NCBI GenBank assembly: GCA_040954595.2
Contig: CM082595.2
Coordinates: 6,412,137 to 6,476,136, forward strand
Direction of reading: 5' to 3'
Length of the DNA stretch: 64,000 bases
Origin: Balanoglossus misakiensis
Taxonomy: Eukaryota > Animalia > Hemichordata
Shown here: positions 11,761 through 22,894 of the stretch, in pieces
Layout of the letters: the number at the start of each line of letters is the position of its first letter
How positions within the stretch are numbered: position 1 is the stretch's first letter
Made by a program: the position numbers and the translations under genes
The notes under the pieces: generated by a model
What the model saw: the letters and a program-made list of their open reading frames with translations, nothing else
What the model was told of the DNA's origin: nothing
Databases searched by the model: none

Positions 11761-13206
11761 TTATTCGTCTGCGTTTTCTTCGTCTGGTAACGATCTCTTT
11801 TCTTCTTCTCTCTTACCGAGAACGTCGAATCCTCCGACACCGAAATCTGGCTTGGCTTTCTTTCCTAAGACATCAAACCCTCCAACACCGAAATCGGGCT
11901 TAGCTTTCTTTCCGAGAACGTCGAATCCTCCGACACCAAAATCGGGCTTAGCTTTCTTGCCGAGAACGTCGAAGCCACCAACACCGAAATCTGGTTTAGC
12001 TTTCTTGCCGAGAACGTCGAAGCCACCAACACCGAAATCTGGTTTAGCTTTCTTTCCAAGGACATCAAACCCTCCAACGCCGAAATCGGGCTTAGCTTTC
12101 TTGCCGAGAACATCGAAGCCACCAACACCAAAATCGGGCTTAGCTTTCTTGCCAAGAACGTCAAATCCTCCTACACCGAAATCTGGTTTAGCTTTCTTGC
12201 CGAGAACGTCGAAGCCACCAACACCGAAATCGGGCTTAGCTTTCTTGCCGAGAACGTCGAATCCTCCGACACCGAAATCGGGCTTAGCTTTCTTGCCGAG
12301 AACGTCGAATCCTCCGACACCGAAATCGGGCTTAGCTTTCTTGCCGAGAACGTCAAATCCTCCTACACCGAAATCTGGTTTAGCTTTCTTGCCGAGAACG
12401 TCGAATCCTCCGACACCGAAATCTGGTTTAGCTTTCTTGCCGAGAACGTCAAATCCTCCAACACCGAAATCTGGTTTAGCTTTCTTGCCGAGAACGTCGA
12501 ATCCTCCGACACCGAAATCGGGCTTAGCTTTCTTGCCGAGAACGTCAAATCCTCCTACACCGAAATCTGGTTTAGCTTTCTTGCCGAGAACGTCGAAGCC
12601 ACCAACACCGAAATCTGGTTTAGCTTTCTTTCCAAGGACATCAAACCCTCCAACACCGAAATCTGGTTTAGCTTTCTTGCCGAGAACGTCGAATCCTCCG
12701 ACACCGAAATCGGGCTTAGCTTTCTTGCCGAGAACATCAAATCCTCCGACACCGAAATCTGGCTTGGCCTTCTTTCCGAGAACGTCAAATCCTCCGACAC
12801 CGAAATCAGGCTTAGCTTTCTTTCCAAGGACATCAAACCCTCCAACACCGAAATCTGGTTTAGCTTTCTTGCCGAGAACGTCAAACCCTCCTACACCAAA
12901 ATCGGGCTTAGCTTTCTTGCCGAGAACGTCAAATCCTCCGACACCGAAATCTGGCTTGGCCTTCTTTCCGAGAACGTCAAACCCTCCAACGCCGAAATCT
13001 GGCTTGGCTTTCTTTTCTCCTTCAAATCTCCTCCTCTTTCCTCTACTGGCGCTTATTCTTTTCCCAGTTCCCCTGCAGTAAAACCCAATGGTTTCAAGTT
13101 GAAAGTCAAAGCATGGCTGTGATCGTCGTTTGCTTATTTGATGTGGTTCTGTTTCCGATCTCAGATTGTTCACGTGATTTTTCAATGAATCTGTTAGACT
13201 TCTTTT
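11761..13206 (-). CDS. Neuropeptide precursor, main coding exon: 25x AKPDFGVGGFDVL-amide, one Cys-bridged peptide and spacers (481 aa; full precursor ~504 aa)
   Basis: Part of ORF 11761..13212. Preceded on the minus strand by a polypyrimidine tract and acceptor (ctttttctttttggcttttgcAG|AAA AGA), so the track's TTG 'start' is intronic. Peptides are bounded by KK/KR/KRR sites with Gly amide donors, the C-terminal tail is acidic (EEEKRSLPDEENADE) and the stop is TAA at 11763-11761. Confidence 0.93.
   Translation of the reverse strand, partial: KRSLTDSLKNHVNNLRSETEPHQISKRRSQPCFDFQLETIGFYCRGTGKRISASRGKRRRFEGEKKAKPDFGVGGFDVLGKKAKPDFGVGGFDVLGKKAKPDFGVGGFDVLGKKAKPDFGVGGFDVLGKKAKPDFGVGGFDVLGKKAKPDFGVGGFDVLGKKAKPDFGVGGFDVLGKKAKPDFGVGGFDVLGKKAKPDFGVGGFDVLGKKAKPDFGVGGFDVLGKKAKPDFGVGGFDVLGKKAKPDFGVGGFDVLGKKAKPDFGVGGFDVLGKKAKPDFGVGGFDVLGKKAKPDFGVGGFDVLGKKAKPDFGVGGFDVLGKKAKPDFGVGGFDVLGKKAKPDFGVGGFDVLGKKAKPDFGVGGFDVLGKKAKPDFGVGGFDVLGKKAKPDFGVGGFDVLGKKAKPDFGVGGFDVLGKKAKPDFGVGGFDVLGKKAKPDFGVGGFDVLGKKAKPDFGVGGFDVLGKREEEKRSLPDEENADE
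11809..13008 (-). repeat. Coding 48-bp tandem repeat, 25 units, with a 4-unit (192-bp) higher-order pattern
   Basis: 400 aa = 25 x 16 aa. Units differ at synonymous positions only, except the last, which ends KR. Diagnostic variants recur at 192-bp spacing: 'ctacacc' at 12171/12363/12555 and 'ggcttggcc' at 12761/12953. Confidence 0.95.
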
Positions 13207-13245
13207 CTGCAAAAGCCAAAAAGAAAAAGTTCAGATTAATATAAG

Positions 13246-13291
13246 ATAATGTAATATAATGTAATGTAATGTAATGTAATATAATATAATG
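13246..13291. repeat. (GTAAT/ATAAT)n pentanucleotide microsatellite just upstream of the splice acceptor
   Basis: Direct reading. Confidence 0.85.
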
Positions 13292-13346
13292 TTGCCTTGA
13301 GTAAAATATGATAAAAGTTTAAGACTTTGATTTTTTATGGTACATA

Positions 13347-13555
13347 CTGTAAAACACTTTATTTTCGCGAGTTTAAATTTTCGCGATATCCAGAGAGACC
13401 ACTGTTTCGCGAGTATTAATTTTTGCGCTCTCTTATTTCATTCACTGCATCGTTGTATTTTTAAAAAAGTGTACGCGACTTTTTATTTTCACACTATTTT
13501 GGCTCTCGCGTATTTCGTGAAAATTTATTGCTCGCGAAAATAAAGTGTTTTACAG
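13347..13555. mobile_element. 209-bp MITE with perfect 25-bp TIRs and TA flanks (Tc1/mariner-like non-autonomous element)
   Basis: TA|CTGTAAAACACTTTATTTTCGCGAG ... CTCGCGAAAATAAAGTGTTTTACAG|TA, with internal repeated TTCGCG motifs. Confidence 0.88.
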
Positions 13556-14868
13556 TACTACCTTAAATCAAAATATTTTCCAGTTGGTTTTGGAAGTGGG
13601 CGAAAAGGCATGCCCCATGCTTTCGTAAGAACATTTATATTTATGGCCTGGTGTGTAAACGAGCAGCCACTTGCCATTCTGGTACCAGGTTGATAAATGG
13701 CGGGCAAATGACCAATTGAGACCTCATTTGGACTACCGTTTTTTCGAGTGTTTTGTCTCATCAAGCTGTGCAAACAACTCTGCACTTTGCTTTCGCGAAC
13801 AGTTGCAAGTGGCCACAGTTATTGAATTCTTTGTTTCACGTCCTCTCAAAAAAAGTTTCACAGTTTTTGCGAGCCAACGAGCTAAACCATGTGGCCACAA
13901 TGATTGAATGTACTGCGTTTGCCAACAAACCGTACACCCGTTGCTAACAAACAGTTCAGCATGTATTAATTTGCACCTTCTGATATAAAAGGAGTTAACA
14001 CTAGTAAGCATAATGCCCGCATATGGTTAAAAAGTCATGTCAAAGTCTTAGCTGACCTATGTTGGTGGTCTTTTTATGTATGCCACCCAAATAAAATTCT
14101 GTGGTTCGTTAATTCCTCTTTAGTTGTGATGAAATTTGCATGCGTGATCATATTCACAGATGATTCTATCCATCACTTTATTTGGGGTGTTCACCAAGAA
14201 AACATAAAGGTGTCATGTATGCTTCTTGGCCGTCTACATTAATCGAACAAAACAAACTGAACATCGCGATTGAGTCGTGACTATAAAACTCGAAGGCAGT
14301 GCTTACTCATTCGCGATCCATTACTGCAAAGATCGCACCGGAGGTCGTTGTGCAGAGGCTCTTAAAAGAAACACTATACAATCACAAATATAGGCATCCA
14401 CTCTACTGAATTGCTAATGTTCAGGTTTCTAGTCTGAAAACAAAAATAGATATCATCGCGCAACATATTTTGGCGAAAAGGACTTTGTAATGGCTTGTGA
14501 TGACATTAATGTGCTTTCCGATGCAATTTTATTCACATCTGCGTCTTGATACCAATATTACTGTTTTGGATAAGACGCTGATCCTGAACTAACAATTTAC
14601 GTCTTTCCGATAAAGTTTGTTTCGGTCTGTCGCACTTTGTAAAAGCACGTGCAGTACTAGAATGCAGTGAAGTGTCCGACAGGAATTGTCAGTCAAGACA
14701 TGTAGGTTGTTTATTGGCTTATATCCGGCGTTCAAATAATGTGATCGTTGATACTAACTTACTCATGCGAGCGTCGCGACATAACCTACATTTGGATAAA
14801 AAATACTGATTGTCAGTGCTATGTATAGGCACGTTTATCCATATCCATTGCTTATTATGGTCGGCAAA

Positions 14869-14899
<31 letters not shown>

Positions 14900-14905
14900 T
14901 TGTTG
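14869..14905. repeat. (GTT)n microsatellite
   Basis: Direct reading. Confidence 0.9.
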
Positions 14906-17900
14906 AGAGCCTCTTGGTATAATATACAGGGTCAGACAAGCATTGTCTTCGTTTGTCATCAATTGAATTGAATTGAAATGAATACTCCACCACGACACTG
15001 ATATTTCCTATTGCAGTGTGAGTCTCATGAAAGGACACTTCTAATCTGAAATAGAATATGGCGCTCACGAATCAATTTCCGGATTTCAAGTTGGCTTAAT
15101 CATTGACAATGCGCCTCTACTGTCTCTGTGACTTAATCTGTGCTGCCGTGTATGTCCTGTACACATCACGAGCAGCAAAACAACGAGCTGTATACGGTCA
15201 TGCCATTAAGCACTGGAAGGGCGCGTTGACAGTCTTGGAAATGTTTTCAAAGGAAAGCAGGTTTCAGCTGACGGGCATATCATTTTGATCAAGCGCGTCT
15301 AACATTGCTCATTTACAACGATAAATTGTCACACCTGATGACCTGCTATTGATTTGTAAAGCAGACATGTCATCGAGGCTGAGCTGGAGACGTCTCAGTA
15401 ACGCGAGTTGTCTGGGACTGGAATTGTGACCTGTATCTATCGCACCCGTGTGGTTTGGTGAAGGGAATCTTTTCACGACAACTTGACGTGTGTTGAAGTT
15501 TCCATGAGTGGAGTTGATTAGCAGATGTGGCAGTCAAGTGGCCTCTTTTCGGTTAAGCCATCGTGTGCCTGTTTCTGTCTGCCTTGCGCACAAGTCAACC
15601 AAAACTGACATATGTTCTGCACGAGACCCTGCAAGATTTCGTGTGGCTAGGCAATTTACACATGTGATCAATTTCATGACAGAGGACAATGTAACACAGG
15701 AAAAACAATACCTGGCCCATTGTGTTCAACGGCTAAAAAGTTACAATTTTATTGTTAAACTCTCCTCCTATATTCTACTTTCATACAAAGCTTGATTATA
15801 TTTACTAGATACCAACCCGCTGCTATGACAACTGACCAAATCTCGCGAGATCTCGCAATGAGCGAAAATGGTCTATTTATAGTACCTGAGATTCTCCGTC
15901 GGTGATGAAAATATGAACTTGAGGGTACACAGCATGTGGTCTGCACTAATCTATGGGTACTGCGCAGTGCATTTTTCAGAACCGGGAAAACAAATATACC
16001 GACACTTAGTCCGCTACTGTGCAAACTCTAACTACATGCAGAGTGCTGTTGGGTTGGTTACCTTGGTTTCTAAATCATTTTTCGCGGCCATGGTCGTTCA
16101 CAACTAGTTTTTATTGGAAATAGAACCAGATGGTCGTAAATTAGAAATAATTGTTCGGGACTTTGTACTTAAATTTGAATCGACAATACAATATCACAAT
16201 TTTTCAATCACATAAATAGTCTGCAAAGCCCAAAACCAGACAAATGACGAACTTTCTCCAGGTGTTGATCGCGACAACGATATGCATCATGGCGACATCT
16301 TGTGTTGAACGTTGGGGGAGGGATAGAATAGAGACAATGAACTGTCGTCAGCCTTCTTTTCCCCCTATTTTCTACTTTAATCGATTAATTTGTGAATGAC
16401 GGATGCAAGTCAGTCAGCCACTTTCCCACTGCAGATGTCTTTGCACGACAAAATTAAACCTATTGAAATTTTTTACAAAACAACTAAAAAGTCAAAACTG
16501 ACGGAAAATCAATTTCGGCTATTCGTTTGAGTCGCTTGCGGGAAGAGCTTCTAAATTAACACGGACTCCTAAAGCCGGCAGTCTTTTATGGAACATGTTT
16601 TCGCGAATCAATTTGAAAGAAACGACTACGCGAGAAGAACCTTGTCTTTTACAGAATTATTTTGTAATAATCCTTGGTTTGAGGGAAAAATGAAAATATA
16701 AGACAGCCTTTTCAGTTTCGCGTGTACATCTAAAAAATACCTACATGGATGGACGAAATCTGATTTGAAGTGCTTTTATGGGTATTAGGATAAAACTAAT
16801 ATACAAAATTGTCGCTCGGTAAACGAACCGAGTAATTTCCGTTGGGTTTGACCGATAAGCAGCCATGCTGAAATGGAATTATCTTTCAAGGATAGACGCC
16901 ATTATGAAACAGGGAATTCTGGGAATTCCCAAACATTTCTATCTTGTATGTTTTTGGGAAGCAACCAGGGCATTGATCTTTTATTTATACTATACTGTTA
17001 ATCATGGCAACAGACATTATGGTGTGTTGTTTTCCCCATAAAATAGTCTGGGCTCTGTGTTTATTGCTTTAAAGACTTTGCTAATGAGAACACTCCTCAC
17101 ATTCATATTTAAAATGGCCGCCAAACTAGTTGTTAATTCAATAGGAAAACTCATTTGTTGATAACGAATAAAAAGAGGTGAACATTTTATTGTATTAGCC
17201 TTTAATGGTTTAGAACAAGCTACAATGTTATAGCCAATAGGCGGAAGAATTACTAATTAATAATTCTCAGTTGCATTTCCTGTATCAAAGGTAGTAAATT
17301 GTTCAACCATAGTGTTCATGTTCGTGGTATTCGGATTGGAGGTGACGCGACAGGAAATATTTAAAAATTAATCTGAATGTGATTCTGCTCTGACGCCGAG
17401 AAGGTCAGCCAAGACTTTGTTTGACAAATCCTGGCAAATTCTCATGCGTTTTAGTTTTGTAACATTATACATCCTTTAAAAGGCCAATACTGTGTGGTCT
17501 TGTTTGAACACATGCCCAAGTTCCTATTGACATTGCCAGACGTGTAAAAGCGTTCAATATTTGACTGCGAACTTTTGCAATTGTGGTTTGGTTTGTTTTC
17601 GTGACCTGTGCGAATTGTAAGATCACGGCTGAACGCAAGCCGGATAATTGAAATTTCCGGTCTGCTTGCTCCAACCATACACATTCTCTGTTCTGACTAC
17701 ACGTACTTACAATATATAACCAGTGGCGCTATTTCTTGCCACTTTACACTTATTTGCCTGGGAGTCTGTTTGTTCAGGTTTTCCCACCTATCAACATAAT
17801 GTACACTTCCAATTTCACGTAATTGACTAGACAACATAGCTGACTTTACAAAGTACATGTATTTGCAGCACTGACTATAATCTTTGTCACAGCACTTAGA

Positions 17901-17958
17901 CATTACGCACAGATTCAGTGGCATAGAATTACACATTACGATGTCCAAGTAATTTGCA

Positions 17959-17979
17959 TAGATAGATAGATAGACAGAA

Positions 17980-18045
<66 letters not shown>

Positions 18046-18061
18046 TATTAGACAGATAGAT
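17959..18061. repeat. (GATA)n microsatellite
   Basis: Direct reading. Confidence 0.96.
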
Positions 18062-21000
18062 TATCTTTTCATGGAATGTTAACCTTTAGCTCCTGTACAC
18101 TGGTGTACGTCACTTTATTCTGTTACTTCTACATCTGTGTTAAAATGTAATAATGGTGATGCTTCTCTCTGTTTCGGAAGAATAGTCTAATGGCTCGATT
18201 GTGATCAGATGGCAAGCAGATACAATCGCTACCGACGTTGCACACATTGCCTCATCTGGCGAGTCAGGCAGCGTTGACGAGGAAAAAACACATTCCCAGA
18301 GTGGACTAAATGGAAGAGTTTAATCATAGTAGATAATGCTTGGATGATTGCCCGACTTTCTAAACATAGGTGCATTACTGAACATAAATCCCCTGATTGC
18401 AGGTCACATGAACATACATATGTTCAAGGGTCAGTGATCTCTGGAAAAATGAAGTCAGCCGACAGTAAATGTATGAAGTAACAGAATAGAAGCATGTCGA
18501 AATTTTTCATTCAAATATCTACATTTGTAACGTTCACTTTTGTTACATTTTGCGTGATTTGATAGCTAATCATAACATATTTCACCAATATAGTCCATGC
18601 ATGTTGCTTTTCCAACTATTCTTACTCACCCTGTGGGGGTTTGAGCAGACAAGGATAAAATTTAGCCGCATGCTTCAACCAAACCAAGTGAAGTTGTTAC
18701 ACCACACCCATCTGCATGTGCGTGTACATGCGGTCAACCCCACTAAAGTGTGAAAATAATTAATGTTTTTTACGGCAATGAATATTCTCTGTGTACAGTA
18801 TAATTACAAACCAACGTCCTAGTGTAGCATATTGTGTGTTACCATCAAATTTCCATGTAAATTAAAATCACAGAATCGCGGATCTTCAAGCCTTGTGTTC
18901 GACAGTATCATTTATGTTTAGTTTACAAATCTTGCGGTTTAATTTGACCGTCTGAGTTACTATAAGATGTGGTTATTATTCCCACCCTGATATAATATAC
19001 ATTTGTAGCGCCCATGTACCCTATAGCACCACTTAGATAAGCAGGAAATAATGCAAAAAATCATGAATAATATTAGGCCTATGCCTGAAATATTAATCAG
19101 ATGTATCATAGCGTAACCTATCAATTCCCAGAAAAAGCATAAACCTGAAATTAGTATGAAAATACATTGATTAAAAAAATAGTTTAGTTTAATGATTCAT
19201 ATAGAATGCGTCTATTATGTTCATGTTAACACTTTCAAAAAATGAGTATAACAAATTGAATATTCTCTTCAATTTTAGAATTTCATGTGACCAAACATGT
19301 TAATTTAGCACGTGAATTCGTAACATGGTCACAGAATATTTGTCTACTATTTATCCGAATTTTATAAAACAGACAAATTAATCATGTGAGGCTATGATCA
19401 TTGGTGAGCAATGTTTAAAGAGGCGGTAGCTGTAACTCTTTGTTTTCCTTTTTGCTTGGGAACAAATACAATGCTTCATTCTGCCTTGTAAACATATCAA
19501 TATTCTAAATATTTTACTTGGTTTAATTTGCATATAGCCAATAGGGTTACTGGTGTGATGACATGTGACTTGGAGTCTAGGAATTCATATGTATTCATGT
19601 TTACATGATGGGTTAAAGACAGATTTGGTGTTTAAGCATGTTTTAGGGAACAGATAAAATACATCAAAAAGAGGAATTTTGTTCCGTAGGCCGGCAAGGG
19701 TGCAAATTAAAGCGTCCTTCCAAAACCCTATCAACTCTACTGAAACCATCATAGCAATGCAGTGTCTTTGTTGCCATAGCAGTGAGCGTGCAACAGAAGC
19801 TCTACCAGTAACCATCCTCATTAAGGGTATTTTGCGAAGCTCTAAATTTTGTTTCAAAAGCATGTTTATTCATTATTAAGATGGGGAGATGTCACATCTG
19901 TCCATGACCTTTGACCAACAAAGAGCTACTCAGGACTTCCCTACCTCTACAACCAAACCGATGAAAATCCATAAATTTTGATCATGGCAAGTTTAAAACC
20001 AGGGAATGATCTTTCATCAATGAAAATGTGCCATTTATCCTATAATATCATAAGTGATGACCTTCGCATTTGGGTGTTATATTCTTTTGTATTTTATTTT
20101 GGTTTTATTTCATTTTTTAATTCATAATTATTCTTTGTAATAGTCTTACTAATTAGCGTCGTAATACTGACCTGAAATATAATTTAGCGCTGCTGTCCGC
20201 GTGTTCGTGTTCAGTGATATGGTCTGATCTGTTCTGGACTGGACGAGACACTTAATGGTTTTAATCGCTTTGAAGCAATCAGTGATTTACACGGACCACA
20301 TTCTGCGCTTTTCTTTAAATATTAATGAAAGCTGTTCGTGTATTAATTAATTTTTAATGACGTAACTCCACGTAATATCTTGTGTTTTTGACAAATGCAT
20401 ATTTTATTGAATGAATTGAAACTCCTGGGAATGGCGGCAATATCAAATGAAACAAATCCTAACTACAAGACAATAAATAGATCGTGAAAAGTTCGTTTTG
20501 CAATTGAAACTCGCATTGTATTCATAAGAAAAAACGATGATATATTTTGATATTTGATGGTTTTGATTTCCATTTAATATTTTACCCAGTATGCAATAAA
20601 GATGTCCAATTTGACAATCACCTCGAAGGTAGCCAATTGTGTACACTATGGAAAAATTTAAAGCAATGGTTGCCTGGTGACGGTGTAATGGTTGCAAATT
20701 AGTTCCAATATCGGTCAAGAACACCGGTGCCAGACAAAAATGCAGAGGCATAACTTCCCGCCAAAACCGGATAGAAGGCTAAACGATAGCCCGCATTTGC
20801 CCTTCTCTGTGATTCGAAGTGCCAGTGATGGCTAATTGTCACACAAAATAGAAAATCACACATTTTCAGGTCGTCGGCACGCCTATAATCCAAGTACAGT
20901 ACATTTTATCCTCTAGGTTCGTTCAGACAAGCCCACAACTTAACCTTTCGAAATTAAGCTGCCTCAAAAGACAAGCGGATCAGCCGTGTGTTTGAAGGGT

Positions 21001-22768
21001 AATTCGCTGACAAATTGACCACTACACTTAAGTCATTACACGCTCTCCTATATTACTCCTCAAGTGTCTTTTAGCTTTGAAGTGAATAACATGTGTAAAT
21101 CACGCATGGAGTATCTGATGTGTTCTACTCAACTTTGTTTGCCGTCGTGTGCCTACATCTGGCTCGCTGCCGATGTATTAAAAATACATGAATCTTATTT
21201 CTCGGGATGTAGAAAGCCCTTAAATTTCTAAGCGTCTTGTCAATTTCATCCGGAGTTTCACGGGAAAGGGAAATATGCCTTTCTGAATCGCCACTTTCTG
21301 AGAGCTTTATAACTTTCAAAAAGGAAAATTCAATTCAGCATTAGCTGTTAATCTTTAATCTTCGCCAAATACACAAAGAGATACCGTACGTTTCTTAGAG
21401 ATGACTCGGTATACTCTCTTTCGGTTTAATGACGCGAAAAGCCGGATGAACTTCTCCTCGCAAGCCGATAGGATTTCCTATAATGTAATTTTTTTTAAAT
21501 TCATTTTTTTTATTTATTTACTGAAGATCGTTTTGCCGCAAGATATTTTTTCATCCCTGCCACTCAAACTTTTCCTTTCATCACCTTTTTTGATTGAAAA
21601 ATGCTCTGAAACTGGTATTGTGGTGGGATTTTTGAAAGATGCCATTTTTGATGTAAACACCATGACGGCAGGATGTTCCATCTGGCTACTGCGAATCTGA
21701 GTTGTCGTTCTTTCTGTTGGTTCTTTGCTCGGCCGTGCAACCCAGTACCCAAGAATGTAACACATAGGCGGTACCTCCCCTACTGTTTTCCTAGTACAAT
21801 TTTACCGCCAAAACTGTAACAAAATTTCTCGTTGGGTCGATAAATTCACACAGTATGGTACCTATTCGAGATAGGGACATTTATAACCTGAAAATTCATC
21901 ATTGCGGTCCAAAATAAACCACCCAACCATACAGTTTGCGCAAAACGATTTTCTAATAACCAAATTGCTTATTATTAAAAATCATTACAATACGTTATCT
22001 GGGGACAGTGATATTAATGGAAGAAATCTGCTTTATTATCTCCAAAATTGAATAGTAAATTATTCATATTTTGCTTCTCAATTGCCAACATTAAGCAAGA
22101 AAGACTCTTGAGCTAAATAGATTATAATTCAGCCCCCACTGCGCGAGATAACAGTATAGGTAAGAACAACGTGTATTGTTCTAATACAGATATACAAATC
22201 AGTGGGAATAAAGTAGAGGAATGATGGATTTCTGCTTTGATTAGGTGAATTTGGCAAGAAATACTAATGTATAATTTCAAGTTCCAGCTGGATGGTAATA
22301 TCTGGATCTTACCTTTTTATGACAATCATGATCTATGGGCCATGAAATGTGGGCTTTTTCAACTTTTGACTGTACAAAGCCAAAACGTCAAAACTAAGAT
22401 TATGAGAAATATCGCCTAGAAAGGTAGCAGACTGATATCATTCAGAATGTAAAAAATGTTTTTTGACTCTTGATAGCAGAACAAAAAATCAGTTATCGTA
22501 TCGAAACGTTTTGATATCGCCGACGGCTTGATTTATTATACACTTAAAATGCTTTTTACTTCGCAGATGTGCGTTTCTATGACAACATTTCCATTTTAAT
22601 GTACCACCTAGTGAGAACTCGGGCTGGACCTCTGCGGTAATGGGGCTGCCTCGGCCGAAGAGAAAATTCATCCACGGCTGGCCCACGCACTGCGTTCAAG
22701 TGACATCAAATTCACTTACAATGGTAGGTGTATTGCATTGAGAATAGTCGAGATGGCTGAAAACTTAC

Positions 22769-22837
22769 CGCTTTTTCTTCGTCGGCTTTGGTTACGAAGA
22801 TCACACAGGCTAACGATAGGACGAGTAGAATTTTCAT
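22769..22837 (-). CDS. Neuropeptide precursor, coding exon 1 (signal peptide): MKILLVLSLACVIFVTKADEEKA
   Basis: Reverse complement reads gaagATG AAA ATT CTA CTC GTC CTA TCG TTA GCC TGT GTG ATC TTC GTA ACC AAA GCC GAC GAA GAA AAA GCG|GTAAGT. It has A at -3, a basic N-region, a hydrophobic core, a T-K-A cleavage context and a consensus GTAAGT donor (22768-22763) in phase 0, matching the phase-0 acceptor at 13206. The join of the two exons is inferred. Confidence 0.85.
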
Positions 22838-22894
22838 CTTCGCTTCACTGCGGGTGGACGTCGATGCGACGTCGTCTCTGTACTGTAGGGCCCA

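Larger units (their letters stand above)
13207..22768 (-). other. Intron of the neuropeptide gene (~9.56 kb, GT-AG, phase 0)
   Basis: GTAAGT donor at 22768 and TTTTGCAG acceptor ending at 13207, with compatible phases. Small internal exons cannot be excluded by eye. Confidence 0.7.

Noticed and set aside
11809-13008. Regular 48-bp array as a CRISPR array or non-coding minisatellite
   Set aside because: There are no unique spacers or cas genes, the context is eukaryotic, and variation is confined to silent codon positions.
11696-13081. 461-aa plus-strand ORF (PRTSNPPTPKSGLAFL repeats)
   Set aside because: Antisense shadow of the peptide array. Its amino acids vary (L/F, N/K) exactly where the minus frame is synonymous, and it has no processing logic.
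13207-13212. TTG start of ORF 11761..13212
   Set aside because: It lies in the splice acceptor (TTGCAG); the real start is most likely the ATG at 22837.
14307-14360. 54-nt minus-strand pseudo-exon in the intron (TTTTAAG|...TGA|GTAAGC)
   Set aside because: In phase 0 it ends in a TGA stop, so it cannot be a normal coding exon. A poison-exon role has no support without RNA data.
14835-15068. Minus-strand ORF with KRR/KR sites as an additional precursor exon
   Set aside because: No convincing splice sites were seen, and the Thr run comes from a (GTT)n microsatellite.
16244-16400. Plus-strand signal-peptide-like frame MTNFLQVLIATTICIMATSC...
   Set aside because: It is on the wrong strand for the precursor, short, and has no supporting splice or promoter evidence.
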